From an uncultured Gemmatimonadales bacterium (GTDB lineage: Bacteria > Gemmatimonadota > Gemmatimonadetes > Gemmatimonadales > GWC2-71-9): DNA of 64,000 bases. Made by a program: the position numbers and the translations under genes. The DNA lies in contig CAWCVB010000002.1 in NCBI GenBank assembly GCA_963798915.1, forward strand, positions 608,001-672,000. The letters are read 5' to 3'. Shown here one piece after another: positions 9,361 through 17,766 of this stretch. Each line of letters begins with the position of its first letter. The first letter of the stretch is position 1. The notes beneath the pieces were generated by a model. It did no database searches and was not told the origin of the DNA. It worked only from the letters and a program-made list of their open reading frames with translations.

Positions 9361-10457
9361 TGATACTGGATGTAAAGTGGCGAGGGGTAGAGCGCCACGA
9401 CCTGTGACGGGGTGAGCATCGGCTTGTCGTTCTTGTAGAACAGCTTGAAACCGGTGTACTGCACCGGTTCGCGCTGGATCACATGGCGCCAGGTGCTGCG
9501 CTTGAGCGCGGGCGGACCGAAGCCATCCATGTCAATCACGACCTGCACATGGCGATCCCGCGCGATCCGGTCGGCGTTGGTGAGCATCCCCTCGGTGAAG
9601 CGGTGCACCACCAGCACCTTGGGCGGGATTCCGGTGCGCTTCACGATGTCCGCCAGCGTACGAACCGCGAAGTTGACCTCGCTGGCATCCATGGTCCCGA
9701 TCTTCCGGCCCGGCCGCGCGCCACCCTTCATGGCAAATTCGGGATCGAGCGCCAGGTGGACATACGGTCGCTCGAGGAAGGGAATCCAGCGCGGCAACTC
9801 CGCCTCCACCGTGCTTCGTCCCACCTGAATATCGAGAAACAGCAGCCAGCCTCGGGCTTCGGCCCAGCGCGCCACCCGCTCGACAAGGCTGTCGGTCATC
9901 CGGAGCCGGTGCAAGCCATCCCGGCCTTCGTTGCCCTGCGCCACGGTGACGATGAGGTGCAGCGCCGGGATCACCGTGGTCGCGCTATCGGCGCTCCCCC
10001 AGGTCTCCGCCGTCGAGGCCAGTTTGGCCAGCATCTCGTCTGGCGGCAGCTCGCCCAGGATGCCCATGCGCCGCGACAGCGGGTTGCCGTAGAAGGCCAC
10101 GATCCGATGGGAGGGAAGCAGCGCTCCCGGTAACGGGTCGGGCGGTGCGGGCCACGGCACCGTGTCGGTAGAGGTCAGCGACGGCACTGCTGAGGCGTGG
10201 CGCCGCCGGCTCCGGCTCAGCGAATCCGCGCGGCGCAGCGAGTCGGTGCGGATGCTGTCGGCCCGGATGCTGTCAGCCCGCTGCTGCGCCTTGGCGATGC
10301 TGTCCTGCCGCAGGCTGTCCACCCGGATGGAGTCGGCCACCCGCAGCGAATCGGCGCGCAGCCGAGCCTGTCGCGCCTCGCTGTTGCATGCTGTCATCAG
10401 GAGCAAGGCGCCAAGCGCCAGGCGCTGAGCGTTCAGCGCACAGCGCTCAGCGCGCAT
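9357..10457 (-). CDS. Hypothetical lipoprotein with DS[LI]-repeat linker
   Basis: Lipobox LMTAC; repeated ADSL/ADSI; conserved-looking catalytic-like domain (VAFYGNP, LDPEF, DMDGFG, GFKLFY). Confidence 0.75.
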   Translation of the reverse strand: MRAERCALNAQRLALGALLLMTACNSEARQARLRADSLRVADSIRVDSLRQDSIAKAQQRADSIRADSIRTDSLRRADSLSRSRRRHASAVPSLTSTDTVPWPAPPDPLPGALLPSHRIVAFYGNPLSRRMGILGELPPDEMLAKLASTAETWGSADSATTVIPALHLIVTVAQGNEGRDGLHRLRMTDSLVERVARWAEARGWLLFLDIQVGRSTVEAELPRWIPFLERPYVHLALDPEFAMKGGARPGRKIGTMDASEVNFAVRTLADIVKRTGIPPKVLVVHRFTEGMLTNADRIARDRHVQVVIDMDGFGPPALKRSTWRHVIQREPVQYTGFKLFYKNDKPMLTPSQVVALYPSPLYIQYQ

Positions 10458-11847
10458 CAAGCACGTGCACTTCGATCCGGCGATTCCGGTTTCGGGCATC
10501 TTCGCCGCTCTGGGTGGTGATCGGGTCGGCGTTGCCATAGCCCTTGGCGACCAGTTGTTGGAGCGGAACGCCCTTGGTAATGAGATACCGCCGCACCGCC
10601 TCGGCGCGCAGCTGCGTGAGCGTCCTGGTCTCCTGCGCCGTGCCGTCGCCGTAGGCGGCGATCTCCACGATCACGTCCGGGTGCGCACCGAGGAGACTGG
10701 CGAGTGAGTCCAGGGCCGCCCGCCCCTCCGCGGGCAGGCGAGCGCTGCGCGACCCGAACCGGACGCTTTCGATGACGCGCTTGGTTCCGGGCGTCAGGTT
10801 GCCCAGCCCCTCGGTGCCCGGCGGTACGCCCGGGGGACAGCCGAAGGCATTGACGGTGGTTCCTGCTGGGGTCCGCGGGCAGCGGTCCAGGCCGTCGAGC
10901 ACACGATCACCGTCTTCGTCTCCAGGACACCCGAGCTGATCCACACTTGCCCCTGCCGGAGTAGCGGGGCAGCGGTCCAATCCGTTGGCAACGCCATCGC
11001 CATCGGAATCCTCGGGGCACCCCTTCTCGTTGACCGCCGCACCCGCCGGCGTGTCGGGACAGGCATCAAGGCCATCCGGCACATTGTCGCTGTCCGTGTC
11101 GACCGGACAGCCCGCTTCGTTGACCTTGGCACCAGCCGGCGTGGTCGGGCATCGATCCAGTCCGTCGAAGACATCGTCGCCGTCGCTATCGGTGGGGCAG
11201 CCATTGGAATCCACCAGGGCTCCGAGCGGCGTGTCCGGACAGTGGTCGTCAATATCGAAAACGCGGTCCCGGTCACTATCGGTGAGGGGCTTGCTGCCCA
11301 GCATGACGCTGATCCCGAGACTCGCGCCCATGTTGGTGACACTGCCCGATGAGGCGTGGGAAAGCATCCCGTCGAGGCGGAGCATGACGGTAGGGGTGAG
11401 GGCCTGGCGCACGCCGAGGCCGCCGAGGATCGCCCCGGACGAGCCGCATGGCCCGAAGATGCTGCGTGGGGGCGTACCAATGCACTGGTCGGAGTCATAT
11501 TTTGTCACGCCATACCCTGCCCGCAGCAGGACCGAACTCCCGGTGCCGATCGGGAGGTTGCCGACCACAGAGCCGCCCAGGACGCGGGCAGACCAGGAGA
11601 CATCGGAGAGCTGTGACTTGGGCGCGAAGGCGCCGAACTCACCTTCGATGGAGAGGTTCCGGTGCAGCCACAGCCCCAGGCGTCCTATTCCGCCCGCGCC
11701 GCCCGTGAGGTTGGTCTTGCTGTCGAAACTCACGTAGCTGCCCGCCGCGCCGACCTCGACCAGGTACCGCCGTTGCTGGGCCAGGAGCGGAGTCGCGGCC
11801 GTCGCCGCAAGGAGCAGCGCCAGGCGCGCACATCGAAAGATTGGCAT
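10447..11847 (-). CDS. OmpA-family protein with five thrombospondin type-3 (Ca-binding) repeats
   Basis: Signal peptide, beta-barrel region, 5x DxDxDxVxxxxDxCP, C-terminal RAEAVRRYL...NRRIEV. Confidence 0.9.
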   Translation of the reverse strand: MPIFRCARLALLLAATAATPLLAQQRRYLVEVGAAGSYVSFDSKTNLTGGAGGIGRLGLWLHRNLSIEGEFGAFAPKSQLSDVSWSARVLGGSVVGNLPIGTGSSVLLRAGYGVTKYDSDQCIGTPPRSIFGPCGSSGAILGGLGVRQALTPTVMLRLDGMLSHASSGSVTNMGASLGISVMLGSKPLTDSDRDRVFDIDDHCPDTPLGALVDSNGCPTDSDGDDVFDGLDRCPTTPAGAKVNEAGCPVDTDSDNVPDGLDACPDTPAGAAVNEKGCPEDSDGDGVANGLDRCPATPAGASVDQLGCPGDEDGDRVLDGLDRCPRTPAGTTVNAFGCPPGVPPGTEGLGNLTPGTKRVIESVRFGSRSARLPAEGRAALDSLASLLGAHPDVIVEIAAYGDGTAQETRTLTQLRAEAVRRYLITKGVPLQQLVAKGYGNADPITTQSGEDARNRNRRIEVHVLDAR

Positions 11848-11961
11848 GCGCCAATAGATACGATGCCCGGCCCGGGTGGACAAGGCGAGGCGGCCCTTGC
11901 CTCAGTCCCGGTGCTTACTACGATTCCCGGAGGATTTTCCACCTTCGCACAGGAGCCATAC

Positions 11962-12195
11962 ATGCACGTCCGCATCGAATACTGCACCGTTTGAAACTAC
12001 CTGCCACGAGCTGCCGGTCTGGCAGCTGAGCTGCAGGAAGCCTTTCCCGGCGTAGAGATCGAGCTGGTCAAGTCCTCAGGCGGCGTGTTCGACGTGACCG
12101 TGGACGGCCAGCGCATCTTTTCCAAGCAGGCGGCCGGTCGCCACGCCGAGCCGGGCGAAATCGTGCAACTGATCGGGGACGCAGGAACGCCGTGA
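11962..12195 (+). CDS. SelW/SelT/SelH (Rdx family) selenoprotein, Sec at codon 11
   Basis: AGGAG RBS at 11951-11955; MHVRIEYCTV-UGA(11992-11994)-NYLPRAAGLAAEL...SSGGVFDVTVDGQRIFSK, the Rdx CxxU and GxFEV-like signatures; 77 aa with readthrough. Confidence 0.92.
12009..12027 (+). promoter_or_regulatory. Putative bacterial SECIS element
   Basis: AGCTGCC-GGTCT-GGCAGCT, a 7-bp stem whose G-starting loop lies 21 nt downstream of the UGA. Confidence 0.7.
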
Positions 12196-12208
12196 CACAA
12201 GCATCCAG

Positions 12209-13288
12209 ATGCGCATAGCGATATCCACCGGCGGCGGCGACGCGCCCGGCCTCAATGCCGTCATTCGAGCGGTGGTGCTGAGCGCCCACAACCGCGGCTG
12301 GCCGTGCTACGGCATCCAGCGGGGCTTCGAGGGGTTGTTGAGTTTTGACGGCGTCGTCGCACTCGGCCCCGCCGAGGTGCGGGGCATTACCCACCTTGGC
12401 GGCACCATCCTGGGGACCACCAATCGCGGCAATCCGTTTCGGTGGGTGGGACGGGATGATGCTGGGATGGAATTCGAGCGGGATCGCTCCGACGACCTCT
12501 GCGCCGCGTTCAACGCCTCGGGCTTCGATGCGCTGGTCAGCATCGGGGGCGACGGCAGCATGCAGATTGCGCATCGCCTGGCGCTCAAGGGACTGCCAGT
12601 GGTCTGCGTGCCCAAGACCATCGACAACGACGTCGCGGGCACCCAGCGCACCTTTGGCTTCGACACCGCCGTCAGCACGGCCACCGAGGCACTCGATCGG
12701 CTGCACAGCACGGCAGAGAGCCATGAACGCGTGATGGTGGTGGAGCTGATGGGACGGGATGCGGGTTGGATCGCGCTCAACAGCGGGATTTCCGGCAGTG
12801 CCGATGTGATCCTGCTGCCGGAGATCCCCTTCGACATTGATAGAGTGTGCGACAAGATCCGCCAGCGCGAAGCGGCTGGCCGCCACTTCAGCATCGTCGT
12901 CGTCGCCGAGGGAGCTTGTCCCCGCGGCGGATCGCCGGTGCTGGTCGAGCGCCGCGGCGTCGGAACGGTCGACCGGCTCGGCGGCATCGCCGGGCAGGTG
13001 GCTCACGCCGTCGCCCACCGGACCGGCAAGGAAGTCCGGACCCTGGTCCTCGGTCACCTGCAGCGAGGGGGCTCGCCGACGACCTATGACCGGCTCCTGG
13101 GGCTTCGCTTCGGCGCGGCCGCCGTGCGCGCCATCGCGGAGGGCAAGTTCGACGTCACCGTGGGACTCAATAATTCCACCATCACCACCGTGCCGCTCGC
13201 GGACGTGGTGGGTCGCCAGAAACTGGTGCCACTGGACTGTGACACGCTGCAGACCGCGCGCGAATTGGGCATCAGTCTGGGCGACTAA
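12209..13288 (+). CDS. pfkA: 6-phosphofructokinase (probably ATP-dependent)
   Basis: TGGGDAPGLN, GGDGS, PKTIDND, ELMGRDAG, LGHLQRGG. Confidence 0.95.
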   Translation: MRIAISTGGGDAPGLNAVIRAVVLSAHNRGWPCYGIQRGFEGLLSFDGVVALGPAEVRGITHLGGTILGTTNRGNPFRWVGRDDAGMEFERDRSDDLCAAFNASGFDALVSIGGDGSMQIAHRLALKGLPVVCVPKTIDNDVAGTQRTFGFDTAVSTATEALDRLHSTAESHERVMVVELMGRDAGWIALNSGISGSADVILLPEIPFDIDRVCDKIRQREAAGRHFSIVVVAEGACPRGGSPVLVERRGVGTVDRLGGIAGQVAHAVAHRTGKEVRTLVLGHLQRGGSPTTYDRLLGLRFGAAAVRAIAEGKFDVTVGLNNSTITTVPLADVVGRQKLVPLDCDTLQTARELGISLGD

Positions 13289-13866
13289 TCCGCTGGTACC
13301 GGGTCTGTCCCGAGAAAATTCTCGAGGATCGCGTGGCCACCCACCGTCAGCACCGACTCGGGATGAAACTGCACCCCGTGTACCGGGTAGCTCCGATGGC
13401 GCAGGGCCATGATGTCCCCGTCCGGTCCGCTGCCAGTGATCTCCAGCACATCCGGCAGCGTTGCGCGGTCTACCACCAGCGAGTGGTACCGCCCCGCCTC
13501 AAGCGGTGACGGCAGTCCAGCCAGCACACCGCGTCCTTCGTGCCACACCGGGCTGGCCGCGCCATGGGTGGGACGCGTGGCCGGGACAATCTTCCCGCCA
13601 TAGGCCACACCAATGCATTGATGACCAAGGCAGACGCCAAGAATGGGAACGGTTGCCCCGAAGCGGCGGATCACGTCCACGGAAATGCCACTCTCGGCCG
13701 GGGTACAGGGCCCCGGCGAGATCACGATGTGGCTGGGCGCCATCGCGGCCACCTGGTCCAGGGCGATCTCGCTGCTGCGCCGAACGACGGCCTCCCAGCC
13801 CAGTTCGCTGAGGTAGCGCGCCAGGTTGTGCACGAAGCTGTCGGTATTGTCGAGCACCAGAATCAT
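13285..13866 (-). CDS. pabA: Aminodeoxychorismate/anthranilate synthase component II (glutamine amidotransferase)
   Basis: DNTDSF, ISPGP, GVCLGHQ, RYHSL, QFHPES; overlaps pabB. Confidence 0.88.
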   Translation of the reverse strand: MILVLDNTDSFVHNLARYLSELGWEAVVRRSSEIALDQVAAMAPSHIVISPGPCTPAESGISVDVIRRFGATVPILGVCLGHQCIGVAYGGKIVPATRPTHGAASPVWHEGRGVLAGLPSPLEAGRYHSLVVDRATLPDVLEITGSGPDGDIMALRHRSYPVHGVQFHPESVLTVGGHAILENFLGTDPVPAD

Positions 13867-15221
13867 TCGTCGGCTGCGTCCAGCAACGCCCGCGCCTTGG
13901 CGACCGACTCGTCATATTCCGCCGCCGGATCGGAGCCGAGCACGACGCCTCCTCCAGCCGCGATCTCCGCCATCCCCTGCCGGCGGGTCAGTGTTCGGAT
14001 GGCGACGCTCAATTTCAGCTGCCCCTGCCAGCCGATGTAGCCGATGGCGCCGCAGTAGACCCCGCGCGACGCCGGCTCGAGTTCCCGAATGATCTGCATT
14101 GCCCGGACCTTGGGTGCGCCCGTAATGGAGCCACCCGGCAGCGTGGCCCGAACCAAGTCAATGGCGTCGTGTGCCGGGCGCAGCGACGCTTCGACGCTCG
14201 AGACGAGGTGATGCACGGTTGGATGCGTCTCCAACGCGCACAGTTGTGGCACCACCACGCTGCCCGGCTGGGCAACCCGCGACAAGTCGTTTCGCAACAA
14301 GTCCACGATCATCACGTTTTCGGCGCGGTCCTTGGCGCTGGCGACCAGCTCCCTGGCGAGCGACGCGTCCTCGCCCGGCGTCTTCCCGCGCGGGCGGGTG
14401 CCCTTGATGGGACGGGTTTCGACCCGGCCCGCGTCGAGCGACAGGAACAGCTCGGGCGAAATGCTCAATACTTGGTGGTCGGCGGCATCGAAGCAGGCCG
14501 AAAAGGGAGCTGGACTGCGCTCCTGCAGTCGCTGATAGAGCGCGGTGAGGTCGCGAGTTGAGGGCAGCAGGAATCGCTGGGTCAGGTTCACCTGGTAGAC
14601 GTCGCCGTCGAGGATGTAGTCGCGAATGCGCTGGACGGCCGCCTCGTAGTCGGACCGAGTGAACGTGGAGGGCGGCAGCTCGTGTCGCGGAGCAGCCGGT
14701 TTTCCGACGGGCGCCGGAAGTGCAGGTGGCGGCGCAGCAGCGATGACCCGGGCCAGCTCGCTCGCCTGGCGGTCGTTGCCACGGTGATCAATGAGCCAGC
14801 AGTCGTCCGATACCCGGTCCCAGGCCACCACCCAGTCGTACACGCCCATGAGCACGCCGAGGCGTGCCGCAGCGTCGTCTGCTGCCGGACGCACCTGCTC
14901 CAGTGACGCTCCGAGTTCGTAGCTCAGGTACCCGGCGAGGCCACCCTGGAACGGGGGCAGCCCGGGTATCGCACTCGCGGATGGATTCGACATCGCGGAC
15001 CGCAGCCCGTCGAATGCGTCCGGTGCTGGGGGGAGAGCCACCACCTGGCGGGGGCCAGCCATGAGATAGCTGTAGCGCGAATGATCACCGAGCGGACCGG
15101 AGCTCTCCAGCAGCAGCGGGTAGGGCAGATGACGCACCACTCCGAACGCCGAGCGCGGGTGTGGAGCGGGATCGAGCCGGGTAACTGACGGTTCCGCTAT
15201 GGCGACTCCGTCGTGACCCAC
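13863..15221 (-). CDS. pabB: Aminodeoxychorismate synthase component I
   Basis: YQVNLTQRF, SPELFL, TRPIKGTRPRG, KDRAENVMIVDLLRNDL, PGGSITGAPK. Confidence 0.9.
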   Translation of the reverse strand: MGHDGVAIAEPSVTRLDPAPHPRSAFGVVRHLPYPLLLESSGPLGDHSRYSYLMAGPRQVVALPPAPDAFDGLRSAMSNPSASAIPGLPPFQGGLAGYLSYELGASLEQVRPAADDAAARLGVLMGVYDWVVAWDRVSDDCWLIDHRGNDRQASELARVIAAAPPPALPAPVGKPAAPRHELPPSTFTRSDYEAAVQRIRDYILDGDVYQVNLTQRFLLPSTRDLTALYQRLQERSPAPFSACFDAADHQVLSISPELFLSLDAGRVETRPIKGTRPRGKTPGEDASLARELVASAKDRAENVMIVDLLRNDLSRVAQPGSVVVPQLCALETHPTVHHLVSSVEASLRPAHDAIDLVRATLPGGSITGAPKVRAMQIIRELEPASRGVYCGAIGYIGWQGQLKLSVAIRTLTRRQGMAEIAAGGGVVLGSDPAAEYDESVAKARALLDAADE

Positions 15222-15550
15222 TGCTTCGACGTGCCGGTGAGCGCGCCACCGGACGGTCGCCAGAGCGCGTTGGACTCGATGAGGCGTGCGAGCTCGATGT
15301 CCTTATCGGTAATGCCCCCAGCCGAGTGGCTGCTCAGGCGCACCTCGACCTTGCCCCAGCTTACCAGCAGGTCAGGATGGTGGTCGGCGGCTTCGGCGAA
15401 GAAGCCGATCATGTTGACCAGCATGAGCGTCGTTGGCCAGCCGTCGGTCGCATAGCTCCGCCGGATGCTTCCCTCACTTTCCTGCCAGCCGTCGAGTCCC
15501 GTCATGCGCTCGGCCAGTGCCGAACCGGAGTAGGTTGCTTCCTTTGGCAT
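15197..15550 (-). CDS. Pterin-4-alpha-carbinolamine dehydratase
   Basis: EAADHHPD and SHSAGGITDKD motifs. Confidence 0.9.
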   Translation of the reverse strand: MPKEATYSGSALAERMTGLDGWQESEGSIRRSYATDGWPTTLMLVNMIGFFAEAADHHPDLLVSWGKVEVRLSSHSAGGITDKDIELARLIESNALWRPSGGALTGTSKQWVTTESP

Positions 15551-15571
15551 GATGCTCCTTTCGAGTGGAGG

Positions 15572-16063
15572 TCAGCGCGACTCCCAATAAGCGGACTGCC
15601 CCGGACTCTCCTCGATTTCGAGCAGCAGTCTCGACACGCCCGTCACCTGGCGCGCCGCCAGTTCGGCTTCGACCTGCCGGCCGAAATGGTGGGCCAGCAT
15701 CTCGGCAGTGCTGTTTTCCAGAGGCAGCACCACGCAATCTCGCTTGGGGAAGACATAGCGCGGTTCCCCGAACACGGCGACGTGCAGCCGCCCATCCCGC
15801 TGCTCGATCCCGAGTTTCGGGTTGGCAGCAGGGAGCAGCACTCGGTGGTCCACCGCCTTGACGAGCGGCCGGAGGATTTCCTTGAGGACACTGAAGTCGA
15901 GCACCCAGCAGCACTCGGGATCGAGGAGACCTTCCACCGTGACGCCAACCCGGTAATTATGGCCGTGCAGGGATTCGCATTGATGACCGCGCATGGTGAT
16001 GAAATGCGCGGCGGAGAAATTGAGATAGTCCTTGGCGACTGTTACGCTGAATGCAGATGGCAC
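15572..16063 (-). CDS. 6-pyruvoyl/6-carboxy-tetrahydropterin synthase family (QueD/PTPS)
   Basis: FSAAHF, CESLHGHNY, DF..LK, DHRVL, STAEMLA, terminal IEESPG. Confidence 0.9.
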   Translation of the reverse strand: MPSAFSVTVAKDYLNFSAAHFITMRGHQCESLHGHNYRVGVTVEGLLDPECCWVLDFSVLKEILRPLVKAVDHRVLLPAANPKLGIEQRDGRLHVAVFGEPRYVFPKRDCVVLPLENSTAEMLAHHFGRQVEAELAARQVTGVSRLLLEIEESPGQSAYWESR

Positions 16064-16107
16064 ACGGGGTTCCGTTTGCAGGTTAGATCAGAGTGGTTCG
16101 GGACTCA

Positions 16108-16132
16108 AGGGGCGGCCGCAGGCCGCCCCTAC
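16108..16132 (-). repeat. REP-like palindrome with GTAG foot
   Basis: Minus strand reads GTAGGGGCGGCC-TGC-GGCCGCCCCT, 10-bp perfect stem. Confidence 0.7.
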
Positions 16133-16141
16133 ACGACCTCT

Positions 16142-16218
16142 CGACCCGCGACCCGCGACCCGCGACCCGCGACCCGCGACCCGCGACCCGCGACCCGCGA
16201 CCCGCGACCCGCGACCCG
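16142..16218. repeat. Perfect heptamer array (CGACCCG)x11
   Basis: Read directly. Confidence 0.97.
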
Positions 16219-16232
16219 AAAGGTACGCCCTG

Positions 16233-16817
16233 ATGGATGAGAAAGCACGGCTCCGCGCCCAGCTGCTCGAGGAACGCGACCGGGCCAAGGACCGCATGGC
16301 GCACAGCGCGGCGATCGGCCGGCAGGTCACCGGCCTCGAGGAGTATGCCAGGGCAGGCACGATCGCATGGTTTGTGGGGGTCAAGAGTGAAGTCATGACG
16401 CTGCCGATGATCGGCGATGCGCTGGCCGCGCGCCGCCGGGTTGCACTCCCCTGGGTGACGGTCGAAGGCCTCCGGCTGGCGCTGATCGGCTCGCTCGAGG
16501 AAGTGGCGCCGGCGGGCTTTGGCCTGCTGGAGCCGGTCGAGAGCGTCCGGCTCGACCTCGCCCGTGACGTTCCTGCCGACCAGGTCGACTTCTTTGCCGT
16601 GCCGGGCGTGGCGTTTGATCGCGAGGGCGGCCGGCTGGGGCATGGGAAGGGATATTATGATCGCCTGCTCACCGGGGCGCGCCCCGACGCATGCCTGACC
16701 GGTCTCTGTTTCGAGGTACAGGTGGTGGACAAGGTGCCCATGGAGGTTCACGATATCCGGCTCGACATCGTGGTCACCGAACGGGCCATCTATCGTCGCG
16801 CATCAGGGGTGCGCTGA
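16233..16817 (+). CDS. 5-formyltetrahydrofolate cyclo-ligase
   Basis: KARLRAQLL, VPGVAFDREGGRLGHGKGYYDR, EVHDIRLDIVVTE. Confidence 0.93.
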   Translation: MDEKARLRAQLLEERDRAKDRMAHSAAIGRQVTGLEEYARAGTIAWFVGVKSEVMTLPMIGDALAARRRVALPWVTVEGLRLALIGSLEEVAPAGFGLLEPVESVRLDLARDVPADQVDFFAVPGVAFDREGGRLGHGKGYYDRLLTGARPDACLTGLCFEVQVVDKVPMEVHDIRLDIVVTERAIYRRASGVR

Positions 16818-16845
16818 ACTTGCTTTCGGGTTATATTCGGGTAGT

Positions 16846-17082
16846 ATGTCGTCCGTCAAGATTCGCACTCAAAGGATTCGCAAGACTCCGCGTCCTCACC
16901 CGCACGTTCGCTTCCTCCGGCGGCTTCGAGCCTCCGGGCGGAGCAACATGTATGGTGCGGTGCCTTATCTGATGGAAGCATTTTCCATCGATCGGGCTCA
17001 GGCGTTCCAGGCGGTCTGCGATTTCCTGGACCAGGAAGCGGGGCAGCCCGCGTCCCCAGTCACGGACAGCGGTTCTTCGTAG
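16846..17082 (+). CDS. Small hypothetical protein (LRxSGxxNMxGAxPYL motif)
   Basis: 78-aa ORF filling the intergenic space; protein-like helical core. Confidence 0.55.
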   Translation: MSSVKIRTQRIRKTPRPHPHVRFLRRLRASGRSNMYGAVPYLMEAFSIDRAQAFQAVCDFLDQEAGQPASPVTDSGSS

Positions 17083-17120
17083 CGGCTTCCTAACTGCAGC
17101 ATGGGAAATGGGTTGTGGCG

Positions 17121-17136
17121 TGGCATGCGCTTCGCA
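17121..17136 (+). promoter_or_regulatory. Putative sigma-54 promoter
   Basis: TGGCAT-GCGCT-TCGCA gives GG-N10-GC spacing, ~54 nt before the ATG at 17190. Confidence 0.55.
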
Positions 17137-17189
17137 TCAGGGAGGAAGGCAGTCAGGGTCTTCGTCTTCACATCACCATCGAGGTTACC

Positions 17190-17630
17190 ATGCCTCTCTC
17201 TTTCTCGCGCTGGCCGGCGGTTGTCGGCGCACTCGCGTTCCTGCCCATGCCACTACTCGCCCAGGTCCGGGCCGACGTCAACGTCCATATCGGTCCTCGG
17301 CCCCGACCGGAAGTTGTCGTCGTTCGGCGACCGCCGGTGCGGCGGGTCGTGGTCGCGCCGCGCATCGTCGTGGTGGACCGCATTCATGACCGTGGCCGGG
17401 GCCGTCGCTCCTCCAACTGGTGGCGGAAGCATGGCTATCGTCCCGTCTCCGTGTACTACGTGAACGGCCGCTATTACGATCGTCGCTTTGATACCCGGGA
17501 CCGGGTGCGCGCGGTGGTGGTGTACGAACGCGGCGGACGATACTATCGGGACTGGAGCGATCGCACTGATCGAGAGGATCGCCAGCGCCGCGATGACCGG
17601 AATGCACAGTACGACCGCGACCGGCGCTGA
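17190..17630 (+). CDS. Secreted Arg/Asp-rich hypothetical protein
   Basis: GAGG RBS, signal peptide ending LLA-QVRADVNVHIG, followed by a terminator. Confidence 0.75.
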   Translation: MPLSFSRWPAVVGALAFLPMPLLAQVRADVNVHIGPRPRPEVVVVRRPPVRRVVVAPRIVVVDRIHDRGRGRRSSNWWRKHGYRPVSVYYVNGRYYDRRFDTRDRVRAVVVYERGGRYYRDWSDRTDREDRQRRDDRNAQYDRDRR

Positions 17631-17663
17631 GGATAGCTCGGTACCGGCGTCGCTCGCCGGGCG

Positions 17664-17697
17664 AAACCACAGGGGCGCCGTGCCCCTGTGGTTTTTT
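17664..17697 (+). terminator. Rho-independent terminator
   Basis: AAACCACAGGGGC-GCCGT-GCCCCTGTGG-TTTTTT. Confidence 0.9.
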
Positions 17698-17766
17698 CGT
17701 GCCACGGCTGCGAGGCGCAGATAAAATCCGGATTGCGGGTGATTCGTCCGGGCAGCATACTCAACC

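Noticed and set aside
16064..16232. 6S RNA, often found upstream of 5-formyl-THF cyclo-ligase
   Set aside because: The space is filled by a REP-like hairpin and a heptamer array; no long 6S-like rod is visible
16032..16232. PATRDPR repeat peptides as an N-terminal extension (also the TTHDPRP ORF at 19044)
   Set aside because: Translation of non-coding heptamer arrays; family homology starts at the downstream ATG
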